DNA of 64,000 bases from Candidatus Bathyarchaeota archaeon (GCA_963726255.1 CAVSBL010000002.1:704001-768000); one strand, 5' to 3'. Shown: positions 47,613 to 58,507, counted from the first letter of the stretch. The notes: generated by a model from the sequence alone, not told the origin. Program-made: numbers and translations.

Positions 47613-48401
47613 TTATTGTGCTGTGTGTTTTGGCATCAGTTTCGCGCCCGCTCTCTTCGCCGTGGAGCGGGTGACCACGAGCCTTCTCAGCCGCTGAATG
47701 GCCAATGCTGGGTCTACGCCCTTTGGGCAAACGAAACTGCACGCACCTGCAAAGTGGCATCGCCAAACTCCATGCTCCTCATCGACGGCATTCAACCGAA
47801 GATTCCCGCCTTCATCACGAGAATCTGCAGTGTACCTGTACGCCTGCCCTAGGGCCTGCGGGCCGGTGAAGAGCGGGTCAGTTGCCACAGTCGGACATGC
47901 GGAGTTGCATAGACCACACTTTATGCAATACGAGAACTGAAGAAAGTCATCCAATTGACGCTGATTTTGCGAGTATTCCGACTCAAATGTCTCTTGCTCC
48001 GCCACATTCACTCTAAGAAGGAAAGGCTTCACCGACTGATGGGCTGAGAAGAAGTTGTCAAAGTCCGTAACAAGGTCACGTACGAGCGGGTAGTGGTCGA
48101 GAGGCTCAACTGTTATGGGCGAGTCTCCGAATTCGGTTACCTGCGTATAACACGCCAATCTTGGCAGGCCATTAATCTTCATACCGCATGAGCCGCAGCA
48201 AGCCATTCTGCAAGAAAACCGAATCGCGATTGAGTGGTCTATTTGCTCCTTTGCAAACAGGAGCGCAGCGAGGACCGTCATCCCAGGTTCTGTGGGGATG
48301 CGGAAAGTCTCGTAGTGTCGCTGGGTTTGCTGGGATGGATTTGCACGCAGAACTCTTAAGGTGATTTTTCCTATGCTCTGAACCGTCGTTTCTGTCACCA
48401 T
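47613..48401 (-). CDS. sdhB: Succinate dehydrogenase/fumarate reductase iron-sulfur subunit
   Basis: SCRMACCGSCGMKING..LAC, CIKCGLCNSACP, CHFAGACSFVCPKGVDP. Confidence 0.95.
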   Translation of the reverse strand: MVTETTVQSIGKITLRVLRANPSQQTQRHYETFRIPTEPGMTVLAALLFAKEQIDHSIAIRFSCRMACCGSCGMKINGLPRLACYTQVTEFGDSPITVEPLDHYPLVRDLVTDFDNFFSAHQSVKPFLLRVNVAEQETFESEYSQNQRQLDDFLQFSYCIKCGLCNSACPTVATDPLFTGPQALGQAYRYTADSRDEGGNLRLNAVDEEHGVWRCHFAGACSFVCPKGVDPALAIQRLRRLVVTRSTAKRAGAKLMPKHTAQ

Positions 48402-48404
48402 TTT

Positions 48405-50120
48405 CTAGTAATGCCGTTCTGTTGGAGGGTATTTGGTAATCTTTACCGGAGCGTAATCGAGGCGTGGCCCGTTAGGGCTGTGGTAGGCGAGAGTGTGCTT
48501 GAGCCAATTATTGTCGTCCCGCTTTGGGTAATCCGTTCGTGAATGAGCGCCGCGCGATTCGGTTCGAGCTAGCCCACCAGCCAGGACGATTTCGGCGACC
48601 TCAAACATTGCCTCGAGTTCGAGGACGTTAATGAAATTGGTATTGTACTCCTTTGCTTGGTCATTCACATGGCGGTAAGATTTCTTGTGTAGTTCACGCA
48701 GTTGCCTCAAACCCTCTTCCAACCCTTCGCCCGTTCGGTAAACATACGCGTACTTGTCCATAATCGTCTGCACTTCGTTATGAACTTCATAGGGGTTCTC
48801 GCTTCCGACCCCATGGAAGATTTCATCAAAGAGCCGCTTCTCCTCTGCGGCGACCTGCTCTTTTTCCAAGTTGTGCGATGGCTGATTCATAGCGTATTGA
48901 ACTGCATTTGCCCCGGCTTGTGTGCCAAACACTAGACATTCGGCCGTGGAGTTAGCGCCCAAACGGTTTGCTCCGTTAATGCTTACGCAAGCTGCCTCTC
49001 CAGCCGCCCAAAGGGCGGCGATTGGAGTTTGAGCTTTCATGTCTGTTCTGATTCCGCCCATCGTGTAATGGCAAACTGGCCGGACTGGTAGGGGCTCATC
49101 AATAGGGTCGATTCCTTTGAATTTGATGGCAATCTCTCTAATTCCTGAGAGACGCTCCTTGATCTTCTCGCCCCCAAGGTGGCGTAGGTCTAGGAGTAAA
49201 TGATCCATTCCAGTTATCGGGTCCTTCAAACCCCGCCCTTCTTGAATCTCGGTTATCATTGCCCTAGAAACCACATCTCTTGATGCCAGATCGACTTTTT
49301 CAGGCGCGTATTTCTTCATGAACCGCTCCCCTTTGCTATTGATGAGAACGGCACCATCTCCGCGAGCCCCCTCCGTGATCAGGACGCCTGAAGGGATTAG
49401 GCCTGTTGGATGAAATTGGACGAACTCCATGTCCTCGATCGGTGCACCGGCACGGTATGCTAGTGATAGGCCATCTGGAGTGGATGAATAACCATAAGTC
49501 GCAAATTTGTAGAGCCTTCCAGCTCCACCTGTTGCAATAATGCCGGCCTTCGCGTTGACGGCATGGAAATCGCCGTTCTTCAAATCAATTGCTGTGACGC
49601 CTCGGAATACGCCGTTGTCTACGATCAGCGAGGTTACGTACCATTCTTGGAAGAAGTGGATGTTCTCGAACTTGCGGGTAGTATCGTAAAGTGTCTGCAT
49701 CTCAAAGAATCCGACTCGGTCGGCGGCGAATGTGGCCCGGGGGAAACTGTATCCGCCGAAGTTACGTTGGGCTATTCGGCCGTCTTCTGTTCTCGACCAA
49801 GGCATACCCCAATGTTCAAGCATGTAGATTTCAGCGGGCATAGCATTGACGAAGAACTCAACTGCGTCCTGGTCGGCGAGAAAGTCGCTGCCCTTTATTG
49901 TGTCGTAGCTGTGAGATTCTAGGGTGTCTCCTTTGTCGGGGTACAGGACAGCCGCGGTGCCACCTTCTGCAGACACAGAATGAGATCGCATTGCCTGAAC
50001 CTTAGTTAACACAGCAATGCTGCACTTGCCCTCCGAAACACGAGCAGCTTCGATGGCGGCGCGAAGCCCCGCTATCCCCGAGCCAACTATCACTACGTCA
50101 TAGCTCAGCGTTTCTGCCAC
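48405..50120 (-). CDS. sdhA: Succinate dehydrogenase/fumarate reductase flavoprotein subunit
   Basis: GSGIAGLRAA, RSHSVSAEGG, MEFVQFHPT, HYTMGG, GANRLGANS, RTESRGAHSR. Confidence 0.96.
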   Translation of the reverse strand: MAETLSYDVVIVGSGIAGLRAAIEAARVSEGKCSIAVLTKVQAMRSHSVSAEGGTAAVLYPDKGDTLESHSYDTIKGSDFLADQDAVEFFVNAMPAEIYMLEHWGMPWSRTEDGRIAQRNFGGYSFPRATFAADRVGFFEMQTLYDTTRKFENIHFFQEWYVTSLIVDNGVFRGVTAIDLKNGDFHAVNAKAGIIATGGAGRLYKFATYGYSSTPDGLSLAYRAGAPIEDMEFVQFHPTGLIPSGVLITEGARGDGAVLINSKGERFMKKYAPEKVDLASRDVVSRAMITEIQEGRGLKDPITGMDHLLLDLRHLGGEKIKERLSGIREIAIKFKGIDPIDEPLPVRPVCHYTMGGIRTDMKAQTPIAALWAAGEAACVSINGANRLGANSTAECLVFGTQAGANAVQYAMNQPSHNLEKEQVAAEEKRLFDEIFHGVGSENPYEVHNEVQTIMDKYAYVYRTGEGLEEGLRQLRELHKKSYRHVNDQAKEYNTNFINVLELEAMFEVAEIVLAGGLARTESRGAHSRTDYPKRDDNNWLKHTLAYHSPNGPRLDYAPVKITKYPPTERHY

Positions 50121-50268
50121 GCAATCTTACCTCGAAGCAGTGTGCGGGTCGCCATTCGCGGCATTGCATGAATATAAGTGTGAATTCGACGGTTACAACA
50201 TTCAACTTACTCTACTCAGTAGTTTGTCGGCAATATCGGAGGTGTAGCTTATCAACAAAGGGAGAATC

Positions 50269-51276
50269 ATGAGGCTTGTCAGCGCAGCTGTTGGGATAAC
50301 GGTTCTAATAGCTTTCATCTATCTCGTAGGGCTCGACGCCCTTACGCGCGTGCTTCTCCAGGTCAACCCTACGGTAATTCTCGCGATGGTGGCAATTCAG
50401 CTTCTTGGCTTCACGTTCTATGCGGCCGCGTGGTATGTACTAATTCGTTCTACGGGTCACACGCTTCCGTTTCGTACTTGTCAGGGCATTACGTTCGCGA
50501 GCATTTTCGTGAGCTATACCATGCCGAGTGGTGTCTTCCTTGAAGCGGTAAGATGCATACTGGGTTCGAAGGAATCGGGAATGAAATTAGGAGAATCGAC
50601 TGCCACAGTTATCATGCATCGAGTTCTCTATATAGTCGGTTTTCTGGCAAGTACAGCCTTGGCCTTCTTCGTCCTCGCCCTCGGAGGACGCGCAACCAGT
50701 TCAGTGATCCTTCAATTGGCTGCCGTGCCGGTACTCGCAGTGGCAGGGTTAATCGTCTCACTCTACCTCTCCCTGAACCCCAAGACAATACAGCCCCTCT
50801 TGGACCGCGGTCTTCGGCTGGTTCAACCCGTCATCAAAATCGTTCAAAAACAAGCGAAAACGGATGGAAAGGCGGGGCAATTCTTGGATGACTATCACGT
50901 TGCTTTTCGTAGGATACTGTCTTCAAGGGTTCATGTTGCAGCTTCTTTCGCAGCAAGTCTAGGCGATTGGGCCTGTTCCGTCCTGATTCTATGGGTGGTT
51001 CTCACAGCTGTTGGTTCCACAGTCTCACTCTGGATTGTGGTGGTAACCATGGCGATTGGGAAAATGATTCAAATGACGCCGATAGCGGTTCCTGGGATGC
51101 TTGGAATTTACGAGACTGCAATTACTGCCTCACTCTCTTTGTTCGGAGTTCCGGTTGCTGTTGGAGCATCAGCAGCGCTTCTGTCAAGAATTGTCACCTC
51201 GTGGTTGGACCTCCCGGTAACAGGCATAGCCGCATACCATTACGGCTACAAGGCTCTAGGCCAACTGAGCCAATGA
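50269..51276 (+). CDS. Flippase-like membrane protein (lysylphosphatidylglycerol synthase TM region/UPF0104)
   Basis: Multi-TM; TPIAVPGMLGIYE..AALLSRIVTSW. Confidence 0.85.
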   Translation: MRLVSAAVGITVLIAFIYLVGLDALTRVLLQVNPTVILAMVAIQLLGFTFYAAAWYVLIRSTGHTLPFRTCQGITFASIFVSYTMPSGVFLEAVRCILGSKESGMKLGESTATVIMHRVLYIVGFLASTALAFFVLALGGRATSSVILQLAAVPVLAVAGLIVSLYLSLNPKTIQPLLDRGLRLVQPVIKIVQKQAKTDGKAGQFLDDYHVAFRRILSSRVHVAASFAASLGDWACSVLILWVVLTAVGSTVSLWIVVVTMAIGKMIQMTPIAVPGMLGIYETAITASLSLFGVPVAVGASAALLSRIVTSWLDLPVTGIAAYHYGYKALGQLSQ

Positions 51277-51855
51277 CCTAGGGAAACCGATCATGGCCCA
51301 TTCATTGCTCGTCCCTTGCGCCGCGTAATATTCGCTAAAGCCAAGTGACGGCTATTTGCGAAAGGCCTATATGACTTCCAAATCGCTGCCACAGAGATCC
51401 AATATCGGCATGCCGAGATAACATCAACCAGGAGCCAGTCGCGTTAGCTTCTATGAGAACCAACAGAGACAGATCCCACGACAACATTCAATGTGGCTGA
51501 GATAACCATCGACCTAATCGATTCATGGATCAGAATGCTCATCGCACTGGACATAAGCATTCTCTTCAGCCTTGGAGTTGTCGTCAAAGAAGAGATTCAT
51601 CTCGGCGGGTGAGGTAGCTGAGGAGTTGACTCGAAGAGACATTCGTTGGCATCACGAGCCTGAATTGAATGAGGCATTAGTGAACGCGATGTTGATTCAT
51701 TGGGCGATTTACGCAGGTTTGCTCACATACGACGGCAAAACGGGAAGGTTCCAGAAGGCGTGAAGCAGTACCCGAAGTCGCCTACGACAATTCCCGCATG
51801 ATTCCTTCACCAGTCTTATATTGAGCACCCTCCCAATGCGAAAGTGTGAAGATAG

Positions 51856-52137
51856 TTGGCCTTAGTCGGTTATGAATGGCTCATAGTCGTAGCCATTCTC
51901 CTCGTCGTCTTCCTGTGGGGACCACAGAAGCTACCGGAGCTAGCTAGGTCAATTGGGCTCGCTAAGAAAGAGTTCGAGAAGGCAGCCAAAGAGGTATCGT
52001 CTTCGACGACCACTGCTACTACTGAGACAAGCCCCGACCCTCTCATAACCGCCGCTAAGAACCTAGGAATCGTCACCGAAGGAAAAACCAAGGAAGAGAT
52101 TGCCAGAGAGATTGCGGACCGAACGGCGAGAAAGTAG
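51856..52137 (+). CDS. tatA: Twin-arginine translocase TatA
   Basis: EWLIVVAILLVVFLWGPQKLPELARSIGLAKKEF. Confidence 0.93.
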   Translation: MALVGYEWLIVVAILLVVFLWGPQKLPELARSIGLAKKEFEKAAKEVSSSTTTATTETSPDPLITAAKNLGIVTEGKTKEEIAREIADRTARK

Positions 52138-52221
52138 CACTCACCGAATCATACCTACGCCGAGGACTCCGACGAAGCAATTACAAAGAAAATCTAGCTG
52201 TGCGCTTGGACCGTCTGCTCC

Positions 52222-53121
52222 ATGAGTGGAAAGGTGGTAGAGCCCGAAAGGGCTGGCACTATTTTTGAACACCTTTCTGAACTAGCCTCCAGACTGAAGA
52301 TAGTACTCTATTCGCTCTTCATAACAACAACAATCTTTATGGTTTTTCCCGCCAATCCATCCTTCATCAAAAACCCATTCGCCTTCTACGACCCTTTGAT
52401 CTCTCTCGTACTACGACGAGTCGTAAACGATGTTCTTCCGACCGGCGTTCAACTTATCGCGGGCGAATTCACTGCACCCCTAGAAATCTACCTTATCGCG
52501 TCCGTGCTTCTCGGAGTAGCTGTCAGTTCCCCCGTTATCGCCTACGAGGTCTACAGGTACATCGATCCCGCACTCTATCCCGAAGAACGAAAGGCCGTTT
52601 ACCCGTTCGTGGCATCTTTCACTCTCCTGTTTCTGATTGGAGCTGTATTTGGATACAAAGTCCTTGCACCCTTCATGCTCTGGGCCATGTTACCTTTCTT
52701 TAGGCTAACAGGTGCTGTGGCAATCATTTACGTCATGGATTTCTACAGCTTGGTATTCATCACGACGTTGACATCAGGTTTCTCGTTCACGATGCCAGTA
52801 TTTTTTGTTCTCCTCGTAAGATTTGGGATAATCAAAACGAGTTATGTGACTACGCGCCGCCGTTACATCTACGCTGCACTGTACATCATCACGGCTGTTA
52901 TAACACCTGATGGTGGCCCAATAGCTGATTTGGCACTGTTCGTTCCAATGGCGATTCTGCTCGAAGTTGCTGTGTTCTTTGGGAAGCGATATGAGAAAGG
53001 CTCGCGAGTATTGTATCGGCCAGTCGAAGAAAAGACAAGCTACATAAAATGCAGGTTCTGCGGAGCGCTCCTCAGCGACAGGTTGGGATTCTGCCCTGAA
53101 TGTGACAGAGCCCAGGTCTAA
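52222..53121 (+). CDS. tatC: Twin-arginine translocase TatC with C-terminal zinc ribbon
   Basis: IFEHLSELASRL, PALYPEER, AVITPD; tail CRFCG..CPECD. Confidence 0.93.
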   Translation: MSGKVVEPERAGTIFEHLSELASRLKIVLYSLFITTTIFMVFPANPSFIKNPFAFYDPLISLVLRRVVNDVLPTGVQLIAGEFTAPLEIYLIASVLLGVAVSSPVIAYEVYRYIDPALYPEERKAVYPFVASFTLLFLIGAVFGYKVLAPFMLWAMLPFFRLTGAVAIIYVMDFYSLVFITTLTSGFSFTMPVFFVLLVRFGIIKTSYVTTRRRYIYAALYIITAVITPDGGPIADLALFVPMAILLEVAVFFGKRYEKGSRVLYRPVEEKTSYIKCRFCGALLSDRLGFCPECDRAQV

Positions 53122-53246
53122 AGCCAAACACCAACGGTGAGTTGGGCAATGGAAACCGGACGAGGCGCCTTTATCACCGACCCCTATGAAACCGTTCAAA
53201 GTCTAATTAGGGTCGATTCGCGTTCCCTATGAATAGGGCGTAGCCT

Positions 53247-54065
53247 ATGCCAATCCCTTTACTGGAACGTTCCTCGAAAGAAATTTCCAACCGGATTAAG
53301 GGAACTATTGAAGAGGTACCAGAGGTCAGGGGCTGTCGTCAAGTCAGTGTTCGGATGACCGGGAAGAGGCTTGACATTAGCGCACACGTACTCCTCGACA
53401 GCAGCCTCACATTCGACGAAGTTCACAGAATCGTCTCAGTCATCGAAAGAAGGATAAGAAGTAAGGCTCAACGCATCGCCCGCATAACAATTCAAACCGA
53501 ACCATATGGGCACAGCAGAACGGGCATAGCGACTCTAGTGGCAGAAATTGCGGAAAAAGTCCCCGGCTCAAGAGGCGTTCACAACGTGCACATCCAGAAG
53601 ATTGCTGGGAAGCTCTCGGTCGATTTACGCCTCGAAGTGAGTGCGAATTTGACCGTCAAACAAGCACATGAAATTGCCAGTGAAGTTGAGCGAAGGGTGA
53701 AGGCTGCCGATCCAGAGATCGCCGACGTCATAGTACACATGGAATCGGCCTCAGATCTAATATCAAGGGAGCTGGAAGGGCGCGGGTCGGAGCTGAGATG
53801 GTTCATAGAAGATGCAGCGAAAAGATTCACTGAGATCAGAGCTGTCCACAGCGTAAAGATCCGCCGAAGCGGAAACAATCTCTATGCCTTGCTTCACTGT
53901 AGGTTCGATCCCAACATGTCGATAAAGAGAGCCCATGAGATCTCGCATAAACTCGAAAAAGCAGTGAAAACGGCCTATCCAATGGTGGACGAATTTGAGG
54001 TAAGGGAAGAGCCCGTGTCGAATTCAACTAATAGTTCAAGCGTGAAAAGGCTACACAACTCCTAA
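53247..54065 (+). CDS. Stand-alone triple cation-efflux (CDF) C-terminal dimerisation domain protein
   Basis: Three repeats of V.GVH.V..R..G..L.V.L......LT..QAHEI...VE..........V.VH.E; no TM segments. Confidence 0.8.
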   Translation: MPIPLLERSSKEISNRIKGTIEEVPEVRGCRQVSVRMTGKRLDISAHVLLDSSLTFDEVHRIVSVIERRIRSKAQRIARITIQTEPYGHSRTGIATLVAEIAEKVPGSRGVHNVHIQKIAGKLSVDLRLEVSANLTVKQAHEIASEVERRVKAADPEIADVIVHMESASDLISRELEGRGSELRWFIEDAAKRFTEIRAVHSVKIRRSGNNLYALLHCRFDPNMSIKRAHEISHKLEKAVKTAYPMVDEFEVREEPVSNSTNSSSVKRLHNS

Positions 54066-54170
54066 AAGCGCCCCGCGTTCGCTGGCTGCACAGCTGGTGC
54101 GGATGCAACGTCGGACACTAAGACGCCAACGAGCAACCGCAAAGACTACTGGTCCATCCCACTGGCCGAT

Positions 54171-56672
54171 GTGTTCAAGGGACTAAACGCAACTGAACAT
54201 GGGCTGTCCGAACTCGAGGCTGATGCCCGGCTCAAGGTTTACGGTCTCAACGAGCTGCCAACCCACGCGTTTAGCTCGGTAAGAATTCTGATTAGACAGT
54301 TCAAGAACCCATTGTTCCTCATACTCTTAGTCGCCGCAGTAGTGGCTGGATTCTTCGAACTCGACCAGTCCATCGCCATAGTTGCAATCATAGCCCTAAG
54401 TGCAGTCTTGGGTTTCTACAATGAATACAAAGCGGAAAAAATCATTGAAGACCTTCGCCAAAGCGTGTCGCTCAAAGCCGTCGTAATAAGAGATGGGAAA
54501 CCAGCACAGATCGACTCGAAGCTGCTGGCCCCTGGCGATGTGGTCTCCGTCTATGTTGGCGATATAGTTCCGTCTGATATGCGGATAGTCGACTGTAAAG
54601 ACTTGGAAGTTAACGAAGCAGTACTTACCGGAGAATCCTTCCCAGCCGAGAAAACTTCTGCCCCGCTTCAGATTCAGCATCCTACGCCACAGCAGCTTGT
54701 GAATTACATGTTCATGGGCACAGTGGTTGCTCACGGAACTGGCCGGGGCGTCGTCGTTGCAACCGGGAAAAATACCGAATTTGGGTCTATCTCACGAAGT
54801 CTAGCGCGAACACGACCTGAAACCGAATTCCAAAGAGGAGTTCGAAAGTACGGTAACATGCTCATTTCGCTCGCTTTGGTACTTGTCATCGGAATATTCG
54901 CATTGAATTGGTTGGTCGGCCATCCTATCATTGAATCGCTCTTGTTCTCGCTAGCAGTGGCCGTGGGTTTAGTACCGGAACTAATGCCTGCAATCGTAAC
55001 CATCAGCCTTTCACAGGCAGCTAGGAATATGGCCAAACGCAGAGTTGTAGTGAAACGCCAGGTTTCCATCGAGGATTTTGGCAACATGGACGTCTTGTGC
55101 ACAGACAAAACTGGAACGCTCACAAGCGGAAAAATCAGTTTGAAGGATTATTGGACACCGAGCGGGAGTGCTGAGCAACGCATTCTGCAGTATGGTCTAC
55201 TATGCAATAGCGCTGTTGTCGGAGCGGGCGAAATCACGGGTAACCCCATGGATGTCGCTATCTGGGAATTCGCCAACCAGAATGGCATTCAGAAAGATGC
55301 ACATTCTAACGTTGCTATCGACGAAATGGCGTTCGACTATCAGAGACGCATGATGTCGGTCGTTGTTCAGACCAAAGAAGGAAGACTGCTAATCACAAAG
55401 GGCGCGCCAGAATCAGTTCTTACCCGATGCGAGCAGGTTGTAAGCGAAACAGGAATCGCGCAATTAGATACTGTTAAACAAACGATAGACTCCAAACTAG
55501 TTGAACAAGCCCGTGCAGGGTACCGGACTATAGCATTGGCCTTCCGGGCCATAGAGGCTAAGACCTCTTATTCAGTTGACGATGAGAATAAACTCACGCT
55601 GCTTGGGTTCATCACCTTCACCGACCCGCCAAAACAAGATGCTCGTGAAGCACTTGACAAACTCAAAGCGATGGGCGTGGAGGTGAAGATTCTGACGGGC
55701 GACAATGAGCTAGTTGCGGTAAAAGTCTGTGAGGACTTGAGCCTGCCAGTATACCGAGTCATTCGCGGCTCCGAACTGACCCAAATGACCTCTGCCGAAA
55801 TTCGGACGGGGGTCGAAGAGGCAACGGTTTTCGCGCGCATTACACCAGAGCAAAAGCTCGACATAATCAAGGCACTCAAGGTAAACAAGCACGTCGTCGG
55901 TTTCATGGGTGACGGAGTCAACGACGCTCCAGCCCTTTTCGAGTCCGATGTGGGGCTTTCAGTTGACTCTGGGGTTGATGTTGCAAAAGATGCGGCGGAC
56001 ATCGTTTTGCTTGACAAGGATTTGCTTGTGTTGGCCAATGGAATCGAAGAAGGGCGGAAGGTCTTTGGCAACGTTACAAAGTATATCCTAATGGGCACGA
56101 GTTCAAACTTTGGCAACATGTTCAGCGCGGCCGGCGCTTCGCTATTTCTCCCGTTCCTTCCGATGCTTCCAATGCAAATCCTGTTCATGAACCTGCTCTA
56201 CGATGTCGCGAACATGACACTCCCCACGGATGTCATTGATGTTGAGTTCAAAGACCTGCCCAAACGCTGGGACATAGATTTCGTGAGAAAGTTTACACTA
56301 TTCTTTGGACCGTTTAGCTCCCTGTACGATTTCCTAACCTACGGAATTATGCTCTTCATATTCGGCGCCGCCCCCGCACTGTTCCAAAGTGGATGGTTTG
56401 TGGAATCGTTCTGGACCGAGGTGCTAGTTATTTTTGTCATACGGACAAGGAGAGTACCTTTCATAACGAGCAAGCCTGGAAAATGGCTTACGATTCTGAC
56501 CTTGTCAGCCGTTGCTTTTGGGACCATTGTTCCCTTCACGTTCCTCGGTCATTTTCTCGGTTTCGTTGCCCTCCCAGCTGAATTTTGGGTATTGCTCGTG
56601 CTTATGGTCGCCACCTACCTTCTGCTCGTTGACGCCGGAAAGGTGTTCTTCTACAAGGTCTGCAAGTTCTAG
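54171..56672 (+). CDS. mgtA: Mg2+-translocating P-type ATPase (P3B)
   Basis: LTGESFP, AVGLVPELMP, DKTGTLT, MGDGVNDAP, GTSSNFGNMFS, PFLPMLPMQIL, LFQSGWFVES. Confidence 0.93.
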   Translation: MFKGLNATEHGLSELEADARLKVYGLNELPTHAFSSVRILIRQFKNPLFLILLVAAVVAGFFELDQSIAIVAIIALSAVLGFYNEYKAEKIIEDLRQSVSLKAVVIRDGKPAQIDSKLLAPGDVVSVYVGDIVPSDMRIVDCKDLEVNEAVLTGESFPAEKTSAPLQIQHPTPQQLVNYMFMGTVVAHGTGRGVVVATGKNTEFGSISRSLARTRPETEFQRGVRKYGNMLISLALVLVIGIFALNWLVGHPIIESLLFSLAVAVGLVPELMPAIVTISLSQAARNMAKRRVVVKRQVSIEDFGNMDVLCTDKTGTLTSGKISLKDYWTPSGSAEQRILQYGLLCNSAVVGAGEITGNPMDVAIWEFANQNGIQKDAHSNVAIDEMAFDYQRRMMSVVVQTKEGRLLITKGAPESVLTRCEQVVSETGIAQLDTVKQTIDSKLVEQARAGYRTIALAFRAIEAKTSYSVDDENKLTLLGFITFTDPPKQDAREALDKLKAMGVEVKILTGDNELVAVKVCEDLSLPVYRVIRGSELTQMTSAEIRTGVEEATVFARITPEQKLDIIKALKVNKHVVGFMGDGVNDAPALFESDVGLSVDSGVDVAKDAADIVLLDKDLLVLANGIEEGRKVFGNVTKYILMGTSSNFGNMFSAAGASLFLPFLPMLPMQILFMNLLYDVANMTLPTDVIDVEFKDLPKRWDIDFVRKFTLFFGPFSSLYDFLTYGIMLFIFGAAPALFQSGWFVESFWTEVLVIFVIRTRRVPFITSKPGKWLTILTLSAVAFGTIVPFTFLGHFLGFVALPAEFWVLLVLMVATYLLLVDAGKVFFYKVCKF

Positions 56673-56683
56673 GGATACTCACA

Positions 56684-57007
56684 ATGCAACACTATCCAGA
56701 TTTGTTGTTTGTGTGGGCGATGAGCATCACATGGTGCACTATCTTCTTGATAGGAGTGAGTTTCTACCTCTATCTTAGAAGGAAGAGCCGACCCCCTGAG
56801 AGCAGACCGGGCCATGTTAGATTAACGGATTTCTTGTTCGTTCTAGTATTGGCGGGGTTGCTGGGGTTGTATATTGTCTCGATTAATCGAGCGTCAGCCG
56901 TAATTTTCGCGGTAGGCAATATTGTCGTGGAAATAGTACTGTTCGCCTACACGGTAAGAAACAAGACAGTTGGCGCTACCGAAACGCGAAAAACATCCAC
57001 TAGCTGA
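56684..57007 (+). CDS. Small three-TM membrane protein
   Basis: Three hydrophobic segments directly after mgtA. Confidence 0.65.
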   Translation: MQHYPDLLFVWAMSITWCTIFLIGVSFYLYLRRKSRPPESRPGHVRLTDFLFVLVLAGLLGLYIVSINRASAVIFAVGNIVVEIVLFAYTVRNKTVGATETRKTSTS

Positions 57008-57039
57008 GTGCGTTCTGGGGCGAAGCCCGTGGGAGCTTT

Positions 57040-57216
57040 TCAGCGTGCCTTTACACGCTTTACGATTGGCGGCCGAGCCTTACGCAACACGCGGTACCCG
57101 CAGTAAGGGCACTTAATCTCGGGCGTCATAGCCAACTGATCGGCCGTTAGGTGCTGGCCGCAGCTTATACACTCGTACATTATACCTGCAGGATGTTGCT
57201 CGGTTCCTTCAGCCAT
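57040..57216 (-). CDS. rpoP: DNA-directed RNA polymerase subunit P (Rpo12)
   Basis: YECISCG..IKCPYCGYRVLRKARPPIVKRVKAR. Confidence 0.95.
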   Translation of the reverse strand: MAEGTEQHPAGIMYECISCGQHLTADQLAMTPEIKCPYCGYRVLRKARPPIVKRVKAR

Positions 57217-57274
57217 GGTTTCAAGCCTACGTTCCATTTTGAGAACTGCAATTAAACCTTTACAGAATTGAACC

Positions 57275-58507
57275 CTAGGAATGTTTCCTCATGAAGTTCT
57301 CAATCGCGTCGAATGCCTCAGTCAGAATCGATTCGTCCGGCAGGAAAACTGCCCTGAAATGGTCTTTTCCGTAGATCGGGTCGAAACCCGACCCGTGAAC
57401 AAGCAGAACCCCTGTTTCCTCCAAGAGTTGGGTGACGAATTCATAATCATTCTTCCATCTCTCACCGATCGCTTCGATCTTAGGGAAAAGGTAGAAGGCC
57501 CCTGCGGGTTTAGTTGCAGAGAGACCGGGAATATCATTTGCACGTTTCCAGGATAGGTCGCGGCGCCGTCTAAGTTTTGATACCATTTCTGCTATGTGGC
57601 CTTGAGGCCCGCGCAGTGCTTCTACACCCGCGTACTGCGTAGGTGTGCTGGCGCACAATCTTATACGGGATATTCTTTGCACTGCATCCCAGACATCTTT
57701 CATCTCGGTTCCTGGGTCCTGGAGATACAGGTATCCTAGCCTCCAACCCGTCATCAAATACTTCTTCGAGAAGCCGTTCAGGCCGAATACCGGAGTCTCT
57801 TTGGCAAGTGAGGCGACGCTGGTGAACGTGCCGTCGTAAACGATTCTGTCGTATATTTCATCTGCCGCCACCGGGATATTGCGCGAGGCGGCAATCTCCA
57901 GGATTCGGGATAGATCATTCCTCGAGTACAGCGAGCCCGTGGGATTGCTAGGGTTGATGACGACTATGAGCCGAGTTCGTTCAGTCAACTTATTCTCGAG
58001 ATCAGTAAGGTCAGGTGCCCAGCCCCTATCTTCTATGGTCCTGTAGGTTACTGGTTTTCCATCGAAGAACTTAGCGAAGGTCATGTAGGGAGAGTAAGAG
58101 GGCCCCGGCAGGAGCACTTCGTCGCCGGGGTTTAAGATCGCACCCATAAGGAATGAGATCGCTTCCGATATCCCTTGAGTGATGACAACATTGCGAGGCT
58201 CAATATGTGCCCCGTTCACAGAGTTTTCTTTCTCGGCCACGGCCTCGCGCAATTCTTTGACTCCTTCCGACGCGGAGTAGTAATTCAAGTCGGTATCAAC
58301 GGCTTTCTTCAGCGCATCTTTGATGTGAGGAGGCGTGTCGAAGCCGTATTTGACGGGGTCGCCAATGTTCAGGTAAAGAATCTTCTTTCCGGTTCGCCTG
58401 ACTTCGTCCGCCTTGACCATGACATCACGGATAGCGTATTCGACCGCTTGCCCCCTTCTCGAGGCACGCACGACTTCCTGCAACACCAAGGCCCGAAGCC
58501 GGTACAA
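57275..58507 (-). CDS. Class I/II PLP aminotransferase (alanine aminotransferase-like)
   Basis: VEYAIRD, LNIGDP, INPSNPTG, ADEIYD, NGFSKKYLMTGWRLGY. Confidence 0.92.
   Translation of the reverse strand: MYRLRALVLQEVVRASRRGQAVEYAIRDVMVKADEVRRTGKKILYLNIGDPVKYGFDTPPHIKDALKKAVDTDLNYYSASEGVKELREAVAEKENSVNGAHIEPRNVVITQGISEAISFLMGAILNPGDEVLLPGPSYSPYMTFAKFFDGKPVTYRTIEDRGWAPDLTDLENKLTERTRLIVVINPSNPTGSLYSRNDLSRILEIAASRNIPVAADEIYDRIVYDGTFTSVASLAKETPVFGLNGFSKKYLMTGWRLGYLYLQDPGTEMKDVWDAVQRISRIRLCASTPTQYAGVEALRGPQGHIAEMVSKLRRRRDLSWKRANDIPGLSATKPAGAFYLFPKIEAIGERWKNDYEFVTQLLEETGVLLVHGSGFDPIYGKDHFRAVFLPDESILTEAFDAIENFMRKHS

Noticed and set aside
51300-51763. Short wHTH-like ORF remnant (51572..51763)
   Set aside because: Likely a decayed gene fragment; no family could be assigned.
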